Below are positions 37,215 through 49,499 of a DNA stretch of 64,000 nt, one piece after another. The stretch's first letter is position 1; every line of letters begins with the position of its first letter. The stretch comes from Felis catus. Lineage: Eukaryota. The notes beneath the pieces were generated by a model. That model did not search any database, was not told where the DNA came from, and was given only the letters and a program-made list of their open reading frames with translations. The stretch lies in NCBI RefSeq assembly GCF_018350175.1, contig NC_058373.1, positions 115,446,001 through 115,510,000 of the forward strand. The letters run 5' to 3'. The translations under genes and the position numbers were made by a program.

Positions 37215-38968
37215 GTGAGAACGTGAGCGGGATGCAGGCCCAGCCGGGGATGTGGGTGCCTGACTTTCCGGATGCTTCAGGAGGCTGGGAGAGGGGCTAC
37301 GGGTTGGGTAGGGCAAGGACTGGTCCTGCCTTCTGCCAAAAGTCTTCCCACCCTCTCCCCTCCCTGTTCTTTGGGAATTGCTTTTCTCTGCCTTTTAGTT
37401 ACCTGATTACAGGCAAGTTTAGGGATGTCTAGAGACTTCCAGCACCTTAGCCTCAGGAGTGGATGCACTGGGGTGAGAGTCCTGAATAGCAGGAAGGGGG
37501 AGGGGCATGTAATCGGGCAGTGAGGGCAGGGAGGGAGTACACAGCACTTGGTGATTTTTCTTCTCTTCTGAGAAGGCAGGAATCATGTGCCTTTTTGGCT
37601 TCCTGAGAACCCCAAGGGCTCTGGGCAGTGGGATTGGACATCGCCATATCCAAATCCAACTTAGTTCAGCAGCTGATACGCTGGCTGAGGCAGTCCTGAC
37701 GTGAGGCTCAAATGCACACACTCCCCAGTGACCAGCATCCCAGGCCTCACTAGTTGGGCCCGTTAGGTCAGTGGTTGGAGCACGCACGCATGCACGCATG
37801 TATCCATCCACCCATCCACACATTTAGCACCTGCTGAACAAGCACTGGTCTAAGGACTAGGAACCCAGGGATGTGAGGCATGTTCATGTCCGCAAAGTAT
37901 GCAGCTTAGTGGGGATACTTGCAAATTGCGTGGTCAGTGCCAGAATAAGGTGGAAGAACAGAAAAGCATTTGCTAACTCAGTCCGGAGGAATCAGAAAGG
38001 CTTCCTGGAGGAGGTGATAGCTGAGCTGAGTTTCGAAAGACAAGTAGGACTTAGCCAGTGAAAGAAGGAAAACCACCCCAGGAAAAGGGAAAGAACACTG
38101 TGGCTCCAAGAAAGGGCACACCCATCGTCCAGTATGGCTGGGCTGGGCTGGAGGGGGTGAGGAGGAGAGGAGAGCAGCGACAGATGAGACAGAAGAGACG
38201 GCCAGGGACCAGGAAGCCAGAGGGGAGGCACAGAAGGGGTGTGTGTTGGGGAGGGAGGCATCGGGCTCCTACAGCAGTGGAGGAATGTTGGCAGGGACGG
38301 GCACCTGTCTCTGAGCTCTGAGGCCCAGTTCCTCCGCATCAGCCCAGAGGCAGAGCCGTCATCAGCAAGGCAAGGAGTGCCACCAGGGTGGCAGGTCCAG
38401 GCTCCAGGCCTGGGGAGAGGCCCCGGCGTAGCCGCCTTGCCGGCGATCCGCAGGAACACAGGGTGTGTGTCTAGCGTAGGGAACCAGGACTGCAAGCTCA
38501 GGGGTGCTGCATCCTGCGGCAGGCGAGGGTGGCTGTCCGGAAGACCCAGTTTTAGGTCACGTCCAAGTGAGCGCAGAGGTTGCCTCCTGGTTGCCACTCT
38601 TGGAAGGTGCTGGTCTGGTGCACTTCCTCTCAGCAGCCCCATGTGAGCTCTCAGGCTGGTTTCTGGGTTTGCACACCCTGTGGATGACATCAGGCCTCCC
38701 CAGGGGGGACAGAGCACTGAGTCTGAGAAGATGGAGACAGGGTCTGATAGGCTGGGAGATGGGAACAGCTTGGAGGCAGCCGACGGTGCTCAGCGACTGG
38801 GCATTTAAAATAGAGAGGACTGTATCCATTTCTCCAAGAAGAGGGGGCAGGGGAGTTTGTGGAAGCATATTCAGTATTTATTGCCTTTGTTACTCATGCT
38901 CGGAATATGAAAAATGCCTGTCGTTTCATGCAAAAATTGGGATGAGATATTTATTAGAAGAAAATGGA

Positions 38969-39187
38969 GAGGCACCTGGGTGGCTCAGTCGGTTAAGCGT
39001 CCGACTTCAGCTCAGGTCATGATCTTGTGCTTTGTGAGTTCGAGCCCCGTGTCAGGCTCTGTTGCTGACAGCTCAGAGCCTGGAGCCTGCTTCAGATTCT
39101 GTGTCTCCCTCCCTCTCTGCCCCTCCCATGCTCACGCTCTGTTTCTCTCTCTCTCAAAAATAAATAAACATTAAAAAAAAAGAAGAA
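38969..39187 (+). mobile_element. SINEC (felid type)
   Basis: Full body with TSD agaagaaaatgga. Confidence 0.95.
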
Positions 39188-40049
39188 GAAGAAAATGGAA
39201 AAAGTAAACAGGAGGGACATGGGCTTAAAACTTCCAGGTCTGAGTGTTTCCCATCCACAACCACCTGGGGCTGCTGGCTCTGACCAGCCACTTAGGGAGC
39301 CTGCCTGGTGCTTTCTCCGCACTCCTCAGAAGACAAGACTTCAAATTTCTCCCACTTGCTTCCTTGGGAGCCCAGCCCAGCTTCCGAGCATGGGCCTTGC
39401 CTCGGCCCCAGGCAGACTGAGGGTGCCAGGAAAGTACCAGATCCGGCTGGGTCCTGGGCCAGTGGGTGACGGGTCCATGGAGGTCAAAGGCACAGGTAGG
39501 TCCCCCTGGCCAGGCGGCATCAGGACTGATGCCTTGCCTTCAAATCACAGGTTGCAGGGATCTTTACAGAAAATAATGTTTTTAATACCAGTTTTTAATA
39601 CCAACTTATCCTTAGGGAAGAGATTTTTCTTTTTCTTTTTAAAAGCCCTCTCTTTTAGGTGTAATTTAGAGTGGGGAGAAGATTAAAAAAGGATTCTTTC
39701 CTAAACACATTTTTCACGTTAAGCTCATACTATGCCAAAACTGGGTTTGGTGTTGATGAGAATGAAAAATTTGAAATGCATTTGGTAACTGTGTTACCTG
39801 GAGGCTGGACTTGTAATCAAAAGACACACCACATGAACCAAGAAATAGTTTAGAAATCCGGGAGGAGAGTTGGGGGCCGGGGGGTGTGGCAGGAATTGGG
39901 GAATGCAGGAAGAAAGAGCAGCATTTACATGGGGAGGCCACGGCCAGGGGTAGCAGGTTCTCCAGGTTTTAAGCTGTAGCTCCCACCTGAACTGGCCCTG
40001 CAAGGAGGGTCTCACTGGCCGTGTCCCAGCTGCTGGTCCTTCTCAGTCC

Positions 40050-40440
40050 CTCAAACAGGCCTTGAAGAACCCTCCAGGTTCCTGCCTGCCCCAGGACCTC
40101 CATGCAAGCTGCTGCTGCAGCCTGGAATATGAGGCCCCATCCTCCTGTGATTGGTCCCGACTGTCCATTTAAATGTCAACTTCTTAGCAACCAACCCATC
40201 TAAAGGGGCTGTCAGTCACCCTCTGTCGCCACACCTCTTTTTAATTTCTCAGCCAGGCACTTACCCTAGCTGGTATTTTGCTGGCTTGTTTATTTATTGT
40301 CTGGCTTACCCTACTTAATGAAATTTTAAGTTCTATGGAGAAGGAGCATTACCTGTCTTCTTCCCTACTGTGTTCCTAGAACTCAAAATAATCCTTGGCA
40401 CATAGGAGAGGTGCAATAAATATTTGCTGGATGAATAAAC
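40050..40440 (+). mobile_element. L2 3' end
   Basis: Ends ...tggcacataggagaggtgcaataaatatttgctggatgaat, the typical L2 terminus. Confidence 0.65.
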
Positions 40441-41438
40441 GGCTAGAAGGATGGGTAGATAGATGGATAGGTCCCTATGTGATACAGAGAGACAAGTCTT
40501 GATAAGGCCTCTTGATCCTTATCCCGCACATCAGAGGGTTCACCAACTACTGGAACACCAAGAGGCCAAATCTAGCCATCAAATTCACCACGGTCCTTCT
40601 TTGTCCCTACAGCACCCTGGATGGGCCCAAGAGACTTGGGGCCCCATGTGGAGAGACCCTGGCCAGGCACTCTTCTATGCTAAAAGAACAAAGGCACGGG
40701 GCAGCTGGAGGCTGGGGAGCACAGCTAGAGTAGGGCTGTTGAAGAGAATTCAGGGATCCAGGCTGGGTTTTGGCCTCTGCTCTGAATTCGGGCAGAATTG
40801 GGATCATAGGCACGGAAGACTGAAGTCAGGGAAGGCACATCTGATCCCTCCTACATCCTCTCAGGGTCTGGCAATTAAAGCTGGACATCAGCTGGGGCCA
40901 GTGGGAAGAAGGGACAAAGAAGTCATGTCTCCCCCCCTCCCCGCAACCTAACACCTGTCAGGCCTACAGATTCTGGCTTCGCACCAACTCTTACATTTCC
41001 ATTCTTCCCTGGTATAAGCTCTGGGTCGGGTTCCGGGGACGAAGTCATGGTCGCTGCCTGGAGGGGCTTCTGATCTGATCGAGAGAAGAGGTATAGAATC
41101 ATAGGATTGCACTATGAGGTCAGTGGGGTAATAGAGGCAGAGAGAGTGCTGGGGGGCTTCAGGGGCAGGAGGGCACGTGAGGGAAGGCTTTATATATGAG
41201 ATGATACTTCACCTGAGCGACATCTTTGTGAACAAAGGGGTAATGCCCCAACCTAGATGGACCAGGGCAAAGAAGCCCTCGGGGTAATGAGGCAGGGCCT
41301 GTGCAAGGAGTTGTAAGAAGTGTGCCTTAAATCTGGGAGGCAGGCAGAAGGTGGGGCTGTGGATTGGGGCAGAGACCAGATCATGCCAGGCCTTGTGATT
41401 CACACCAAGTGCAGGACGATGCCCATGATTAGGTGAGC

Positions 41439-41646
41439 TTTTTTTTTTTAATGTTTATTTATTTTTGAGAGAGAGAGAGTACAAGTGGGGGAAGAACAGA
41501 GAGAGAGGGAGACACAGAATCTGAAGCAGGCTCCAGGCTCTGAGCTGTCAGCACAGAGCCTGACATGGGGCTCGAACTCACAAATGGTGAGGTTATGACC
41601 TTAGCCAAAGTCGGACGCTTAACCGACTGAGCCACCCAGGTGCCCC
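41439..41646 (-). mobile_element. SINEC (felid type)
   Basis: T tail through gagccacccaggtgcccc. Degenerate TSD gtgagc-tttt / atgagcatttt. Confidence 0.95.
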
Positions 41647-41658
41647 ATGAGCATTTTT

Positions 41659-42111
41659 TTTTTTTTATTTTACATTTATTTATTTATTTATTTATTATTT
41701 TTTTATTACATCCAAGTTAGTTAGCATATAGTGCAACGATGATTTCAGGAGTAGATTCTAGTGATTTATCCCCTATGTATAACTCCCAGTATTCATCCCA
41801 ACAAGTGTCTTCCTTAATGCCCCTTACCCATTTAGCCCATCCCCCCTCCCAGGACCCCTCCAGCAACACTCTGTTTTCTATATTTAAAGAGTCTCTTATG
41901 TTTTGTCCCCATCCCTGTTTTTATATTATTTTTGCTTCCCTTCCCTTATGTTCATCTGTTTTTATCTTAAATTCTACATATGATGCAGTCATATGATATT
42001 TGTCTTCCTCTGACTAATTTCACTTAACACGATATCCTCTACTTCCATCCACGTTGTTGCAAATGGCAAAAGATTTCATTCTTTTTGATTGCCAATTAAT
42101 ACTCCACGGTA

Positions 42112-42156
<45 letters not shown>

Positions 42157-42162
42157 CACATC
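41659..42162 (-). mobile_element. Older carnivore L1 3' UTR segment (~500 bp) with its own A-rich tail; probably transduced
   Basis: gttagttagcatatagtgcaacgatgatttcaggagtaga...ttccatccacgttgttgcaaatggcaa. Homologous to, but clearly diverged from, the adjacent younger L1 3' end. Confidence 0.85.
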
Positions 42163-43553
42163 TTTTTTTTTAATATGAAATTTATTGACAAATTGGTTTC
42201 CATACAACACCCAGTGCTCATCCCAAAAGGTGCCCTCCTCAATACCCATCACCCACCCTCTCCTCCCTCCCACCCCCCATCAACCCTCAGTTTGTTCTCA
42301 GTTTTTAAGAGTCTCTTATGCTTTGGCTCTCTCCCACTCTAACCTGTTTTTTTTTTTTTCCTTCCCCTCCCCCATGGGTTCCTGTTAATTCCTCAGGGTC
42401 CACATAAGAGTGAAACCATATGGTATCTGTCTTTCTCTGTATGACTTATTTCACTTAGCATCACACTCTCCAGTTCCATCCACGTTGCTACAAAAGGCCA
42501 TATTTCATTTTTTCTCATTGCCACGTAGTACTCCATTGTGTATATAAACCACAATTTCTTTATCCATTCATCAGTTGATGGACATTTAGGCTCTTTCCAT
42601 AATTTGGCTATTGTTGAGAGTGCTGCTATGAACATTGGGGTACAAGTGGCCCTATGCATCAGTACTCCTGTATCCCTTGGATAAATTCCTAGCAGTGCTA
42701 TTGCTGGGTCATAGGGTAGGTCTATTTTTAATTTTCTGAGGAACCTCCACACTGCTTTCCAGAGCGGCTGCACCAATTTGCATTCCCACCAACAGTGCAA
42801 GAGGGTTCCCGTTTCTCCACATCCTCTCCAGCATCTATAGTCTCCTGATTTGTTCATTTTGGCCACTCTGACTGGCGTGAGGTGATACCTGAGTGTGGTT
42901 TTGATTTGTATTTCCCTGATAAGGAGCGACGCTGAACATCTTTTCATGTGCCTGTTGGCCATCCGGATGTCTTCTTTAGAGAAGTGTCTATTCATGTTTT
43001 CTGCCCATTTCTTCACTGGGTTATTTGTTTTTCGGGTGTGGAGTTTGGTGAGCTCTTTATAGATTTTGGATACTAGCCCTTTGTCCGATATGTCATTTGC
43101 GAATATCTTTTCCCATTCCGTTGGTTGCCTTTTAGTTTTGTTGGTTGTTTCCTTTGCTGTGCAGAAGCTTTTTATCTTCATAAGGTCCCAGTAATTCACT
43201 TTTGCTTTTAATTCCCTTGCCTTTGGGGATGTGTCGAGTAAGAGATTGCTACGGCTGAGGTCAGAGAGGTCTTTTCCTGCTTTCTCCTCTAAGGTTTTGA
43301 TGGTTTCCTGTCTCACATTTAGGTCCTTTATCCATTTGGAGTTTATTTTTGTGAATGGTGTGAGAAAGTGGTCTAGTTTCAACCTTCTGCATGTTGCTGT
43401 CCAGTTCTCCCAGCACCATTTGTTAAAGAGACTGTCTTTTTTCCATTGGATGTTCTTTCCTGCTTTGTCAAAGATGAGTTGGCCATACGTCTGTGGGTCT
43501 AGTTCTGGGGTTTCTATTCTATTCCATTGGTCTATGTGTCTGTTTTTGTGCCA
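42163..43553 (-). mobile_element. Young 5'-truncated L1 (L1_Fc-like, ~1.4 kb)
   Basis: Stop-free ORF2 C-terminus, 3' UTR, AATAAA on the minus strand at 42181-42186, and an A9 tail. Confidence 0.97.
42393..43553 (-). pseudogene. L1 ORF2p C-terminal fragment (386 codons plus stop) with the CCHC zinc-knuckle; lacks EN and RT domains
   Basis: [14 protein letters not shown]...[18 protein letters not shown]...[12 protein letters not shown], within ORF 42393..43643. Confidence 0.95.
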
Positions 43554-46500
43554 CCATGAGCATTTTTGAAGAATCATCCCGAAGGCCATAGGGAAGCTGG
43601 ATGGGAAGAGAGCAAGACGGGCTGGGAGGATTCCAGCCATCATCAGAGCGATAGGCGAGGGGGAGCCCCACTACAGCTATGGGGGAAGGGATGGTTTTCT
43701 GAAGCTTTAGCAGTGAAAGTAATCAGATTTGAAGACTTATTAGTGATCCGACATGGCATGGAGGGAGATGCCTGCTTCCTTTTCTGGGCTTCCAGCCTCA
43801 TTTGGGGGGCGGGGGGTGGGGAGCGTCCTGCCCAAATCTAAGAATAGGCAAAGTAGAATAGGGTGTCCATAGAAACATCTGTGGTTAGTACATGGGAGGG
43901 GCAGCCTGCAAGTATCATTCAAGGATAGCAGTTCTCAATGAAAGTTTGCAGGATGATTGAATTATCCTCATGCTCCTTCCTTCCAGGGCTCTAGGAGGTG
44001 AGCTCCCTCCTGAGATCAGCCCTCCCATGGCACCCATTAGCATTCATCAGACCCAAAGGAAAAGTTCTGAGATCCCAGCTGGCAGTCTTCTCAAGCAGGG
44101 GAGCCCTCTCCTTTTTCCATCTCGCCCCAGAGAACGTGAACTTTCCGGGGAGGTGGGATGGGCTGCGTGAGCCTTCTGGCCCCTCATGCGGTCCCCCACG
44201 GAGAGACCATCTGTACTGTGGCTTCCTCCTTCCTGCCTCGCGTGGTTACTTGTTGATGGCCTTGTAAGGCAAAGTGTGGAATATGGCTGACTCGGCGTTT
44301 CCCAGCCCCACCCCCCTGCACAGCTGGCAGGGCTCGGACCCCACTCCAGATGGGGCTCCGTTGGTCTGCTTGGCTTGGCCGGTGCTTCCAGGCCGTCCCG
44401 CCTCACCTTCTTTAAAACTGCTTGGGACAGCAGAACAAGGCCCAAGATCCTGGCCAAAGCAAGTTTTCTTGTGGCAAATGCGCTGGCTCTCCAGCTGTGC
44501 ATTGCAGCCAAGGCCTGGCAGAGTGAGGATGCAGAAGCAAAACTGAATGCAGGAGAAGGGCAGCACCTGTCACCTCTGAATTTGGGAGAACAGTCAGTGT
44601 GGCCAGGGAGGCACCCAGCTCTAGTGTGTTTCATCATCCCTGGAGGTCAAAGTCAACAGGACAGCCACCAAAACAGCCCAGAGACAGAGCGGACACCAGT
44701 CTTTGGATTTGTTTTTCCAAAATCTAGAATTCGGTATCATTTGGGTGTGGCCTGCCACACCATCTCCAAGGACGCTTGGATAACTCTACACACCCAGTGA
44801 GCCCTTTTAGTAGAGTGGAACCTCACCTGTAGGGAGGCCCATGGCACGGACCAGCGCTGTTAGGTCATGTAAGGAACCGTTGCACCCTCTGATGTAGGGT
44901 CCCCAGCCCTTGCCTGATGAGCAGATTTGAATCCCAACAGTCCCAGTCTCCAGCAGGGGTTGTGTGTACACATGTGAGAGAAAGGTTGGAGGTCTGATGC
45001 CAGCGGAAGGAAGCCTAGAGCTGGGAGGGCAAGTTCCCAGTGTTTTTAAAGGATACTTCTAGAAGGCCACAGGAGCTGGAGGGATCGGGGGGGGGGGGTA
45101 TGGCTTTGAGGGCAGGGGTAAGTTTTGGGGAGTCTCACTGTGATGGAAAGGGCTCTAATAAAACTGCTTGAGAGATTCCTGGAAATTCTGCGGGAGGCCC
45201 TTTGGCCCCGCCCATCGGGCACTCCCCTGGGAAAATCTCAGCTTCTCCCCAGCCAACCGAGGCCTCTTGGCTCTTTTGCACATGCGTGCCTGCTGCTGGT
45301 GTGACTAAACCCGGACTCCTGACACAGCTCAATCCTGACTCGATCTTGTATGAAGTATGGCAGAGACTTAAGATTGTTGCAAACTCAGAACCTGATTTTC
45401 AGAGTTTTAAGCTGAATGCCTTCTGTAGTTTTTTATTATGTTTTGTTGGAAACATGGAAACTATCCCTAAACCCCTCTAGCTACCGTCCTTTTTCTCACC
45501 CCATCTTCTTCCAGAAGGCTCATGGTTAAACAGTGTTCTGGGGCCAGGGCTGGAGATCCTTCCCTGTAGGTCAAGCGTTCTTTACCTGAGTCCATGAGCT
45601 TGGATGAGGTTTAGGGAGTCCATTAAACCCTGGAAGTCAGCACAGTGCTATGTGCATGTGCGCTTTTCCAGAGAAGACCATAGCTTTGTTTAGGTTCTCA
45701 GAAGGGTCCATGAGCCCTCAAGGCTAAGAAATTCTTGCTTTAAATGTACTTAGAGCTTGGCCTGCGCTAAGTATTGGGTTCCAAAGTAGGCCCCTAGTGC
45801 TGCCAGCGTCACAGGTAGAGCTGGGCTCTGTTGTCAGGAGTGGAGGTGGGACGGTGGGTTTCTGGAAGTCAAAGGAGCTCAGAAGCAGGGAGCCCTACGT
45901 GGAGGGCAGAGGAAGGGGGAGGAAGGGGGAAGAGGCAGGACCCGGACAGGCTGAGGGTGTGGTGGAGCGAGAAGCACCACTCAGAGGGGCCTCAGAAGAC
46001 TTCTCCCGGGAGAAGGAAGTATCCTCGGAGTCTCCAGGGCCAGGTCAGGCCAGTGGTCATGGCTGTGAGACACTGCTGGGAGTGAGGAGGGCCGGACCAA
46101 GCGGACAAAAGGAGACAGGGGAGGGAGGGAGAGTCAGAAGGAAAGGAAGGAGAAGGGAGCAAAGCCAAGTGATGGTCTCTGTGCACGGGAAGAAACTCCC
46201 AGAGGTTGTAAAGTCGGAAGAAGACCAGCCCAAAGGACGGTGCGGGAGCTCCATCGGTGGAGCTGCTGAGAACCGGACAGGCTGGAGCCCCAGCAACACG
46301 TGTCAGAGGCAGTGGGCCTCTCCTGGCAGGGCGGCTGGGCCAGATGACCTCATCCCTTCCCAGCTCAGCGACTGAGGCTTTATTATTCCAGCCTCTAGGT
46401 AGACATGACGCTATGCTGAGCCTAAAGGTTAGAGAAAGATCTGCCTTTGCCGCCATGGGGCTCTTATGGCCTCTGGCAGGAGGGGTCCAAAGGGAGAGTC

Positions 46501-48192
46501 CCCAGTGGGAATAGCTGGAGTACCTCCCTTGGGGCTCTTCCTGGCTGTCCTCTGCAGCCCACGCCCTCCCTCGCGTTCAGGGAAACACAGGTAGGCACGG
46601 TGCTCAGAGAGGGAGCTGACCACCCTCCCTCCTGCGCCACAAGCATCTTGGTAGAGAATTTTCTGCTGCTCACCTGGTATACCCTGCAGGCTTGAGAGTG
46701 AATGTTATGGGTGAAATAGAGGGAGCTCTGACACGCCAAAATACCACGTACTGGCAGAAACAGAAATCTGAGCTCTACGACAAATAACTCCATTCCTGTT
46801 TGAAGGACCCTCTGAGCCTGCTTTCCATGACAGACCAGGCAGATTCCCAAAGAACCAGGGGCGGATGGTCCCTCACACCTTGCCCAGGTACTCCCTGCAT
46901 TAAACCTGTCCAGAAGACATCCTGCTGGCAGATCCACCAATTGTACTGCCTTGGAATCAGCCCAGGGTGCCTGGGGTGGGGTGGGGGGGGAGTGCTGCCC
47001 AAGACTGCAATCCACTTAATTAGGAATGGGCATTTAGCAGGGATGCTTGGCTTTTTTTTTGGTAATGAAACTTCTTTTTCCCTAAACATCAAGGGCACTT
47101 GGGGATGGGAAAGGGAAAGAGTTTGCTGGCTCGTTCATAGGGGTGGGGTCAGAGATGGTCCCCTCCCTTCTGGAAAACTTGGCAAACCCCAGAGAAGAAC
47201 CCCAAGGTGTTGGCAAGTGCCGTGAATATTTTTCTTGCAAGATATAGTTTCTTCTTGCCAGATGCAGTACTGTGCATACGTGGGCTGTGTTAGACGTGGT
47301 CACTACTGTGCACCTTGACATGAGGAAGCCTTCTTGGTTGCTATAGTCTGGTACTTTTAAGCACAATCCCCCGGGGTTCTAGCATACATGTGGTTTCCTA
47401 GGTCCATCCCAGATCTCCAGACTTAAAACCTCTCCATGGAGAGACTCACCCCTAGTAGGTCTGGGACTCGCCAGTTTTAGACTCGCCAGTTTTAGACTTG
47501 CTCTGTTTGTGTCCATCACAATTGTCTTCTTCTCTCGATTTCTACGGCACTTGTTGCCCGACAGTGACGGGCCCTGGGAACTTCACACTGAATTGTCACT
47601 GGCTGATCTCAACGTATTTGGCTCAGTCTTACCAAGACATTGAGCAGTTTGAGGCCCCGGGGCAATGCCTCCCGGGACCTGGCCTGGTGTTGGGCGTGTG
47701 TGCATGCTCAGATCGCCCTTTCCCATAGTCACGTTCGTTGAGTGAGCGTACACGTTCACGTGTGAACCGCAGCTTGTCTGGCGATGAACCCTAGGCCAGG
47801 AGGACAACGTGGATCCCAGCTGTGGTTTACTCAGGTGAATGAAATCCATTCAATATATCTTGAGCCCCCATCTTATGCAAGAACATTCCTGCCTGTGGTA
47901 GAGGGTGAGGCAGGTTCACGTAAGAAGGGTGACCCACTCAGGGACCCCTGAGAAATAAATTATCCGGTCTCGAGAGTCTAGCTGGAGAGGCTGGCTTGAT
48001 TCTGCTACAGGCTGAGTGGGGCTGGGAGGTCTTTGGCTTGAAAGAGCCTTCACTACCTGACTGCTGGCAGCTCAGCACGACCACCCTGGCATTGCCCACG
48101 TGGGAGAGACGTGCAGTGGGGCCATTGGTTCCTGCAGGATCCTGAGTGGTGCTGTCTGGGGTGGGGGTGGGGGGTGTCTGCCTGTGGCCCAG

Positions 48193-48437
48193 GTTTTCAG
48201 AACCAGATCCCAGCCACACGCTGGAGGAGCGAGTGGTGCACTGGTACTTCAGCCAGTTGGACAGCAACAGCAGCAATGACATTAACAAGCGGGAGATGAA
48301 GCCCTTCAAGCGTTACGTGAAGAAGAAAGCCAAGCCCAAGAAGTGTGCCCGGCGTTTCACTGACTACTGTGACCTGAACAAGGACAAGGTCATCTCACTG
48401 CCTGAGCTGAAGGGCTGCCTGGGTGTTAGCAAAGAAG
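48193..48437 (+). CDS. SMOC1: SMOC1 exon 11 (245 bp), EC domain with two EF-hands: RFSEPDPSHTLEERVVHWYFSQLDSNSSNDINKREMKPFKRYVKKKAKPKKCARRFTDYCDLNKDKVISLPELKGCLGVSKE
   Basis: cccag acceptor and gtgagt donor. EF-hand loops DSNSSNDINKRE and DLNKDKVISLPE. Lies in ORF 48146..48553. Confidence 0.98.
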
Positions 48438-48679
48438 GTGAGTGCTCACTCGGGTGTTCCTGGCCTTCCAGTACGTGCCCCACCCAGGCACAGGGACCAC
48501 GGGCTCCTTCGATAGACGAGATCCCAGGTACTCATTTATTCAACTGCTTATGAAGAGTGTGTTATGCTTTATGCTGGATGCCTGGTACAGTTGACAGATA
48601 AGGTCCGTGTCCTTCCACAGCCTACCGAGGACATAGATCTTAAAGTGTTTATGTGCATTGTGGTAAGCGCTAGGAGAGG

Positions 48680-48805
48680 GTATTAGGAGAGGCCAGGCTG
48701 CAGTGACAAGCAGACCCACACATGTAGTGGCCCAACACAAGAGAAATTGGTTCATCTTGCCTTTGTAATACTTCAGCATGATTCCAGGTCATGGTGTGTG
48801 CATGC

Positions 48806-48844
<39 letters not shown>

Positions 48845-49195
48845 CCTGTGCGTGCAAGGGGAGGAACAGGAATGGAGACTGTACTGTGCAGTCACTCTGA
48901 GATCTATCTTGGCTAAGAATGACTCTTCCTTCTTTATTAGGTGGCTTCCAAGGTCACCATGGCGGTTGTTTCCATTCTCAGTAAACCAGATGGAGTAAAG
49001 CATGGAACAGTGCTCATGGGGGAGGGTGGGGAGGTTATGCTCCAGTCCAGGAAGTGACACACGTTACCTCTCATACCTCGTAGTGGCTGGAACTGCCACC
49101 AGACCACACCTAATAGTAAGGAAGTCTGGGAGCGCCCCGGAAGAGGAGGAGAACATGGATTAGGTTTTTTAGTGGAAACCTAATCATCTCTGTCA
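48680..49195 (-). mobile_element. MLT1-family (MaLR) LTR relic with an internal (TG)n run
   Basis: gctgcagtgacaagcagacc...ggaagtgacacacgttacctc...ccacacctaa pattern. Boundaries approximate. Confidence 0.5.
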
Positions 49196-49295
49196 TGATA
49201 GAACAAGTGCAGAGTGTTGTAGGAACATATGTAGGGGCACTTAAATTAGCTCAGGGGCAGACAGCCTCGGAAAACTTTGTGAAGGAAGCGATGTC

Positions 49296-49489
49296 TAAGC
49301 CAGCCATGGGCCACAGGCTCAATCTAGTCGCTGGCCTATTTTTGCATGGCTTGTGAGCTAAGGATGGTTTTTATATTTCTCAAGGGACGTCATTTTCAAA
49401 AAAGAGGAATAAAGGATGGATTGTACACGGCCTGCAGAGCCTAAAGTATCTACTACCTAGTTCTTTACAGATGAGTTTGCCAGCCCCTG
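49296..49489. mobile_element. MER58-like hAT-Charlie relic
   Basis: gtgagctaaggatggtttttatattt...ctttacagatgagtttgccagcccctg terminus. Confidence 0.65.
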
Positions 49490-49499
49490 ATCTAAACCG

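Noticed and set aside
37992..38717. 241-aa minus-strand ORF
   Set aside because: Low-complexity translation of GC-rich, repeat-derived intronic sequence with no domain or exon signature.
42393..43643. 416-aa ORF as an independent gene
   Set aside because: Only 43553-42393 is L1 ORF2. The first ~30 codons are TSD and flank that happen to be open. There is no EN or RT domain and no promoter, so it is a truncated retrocopy.
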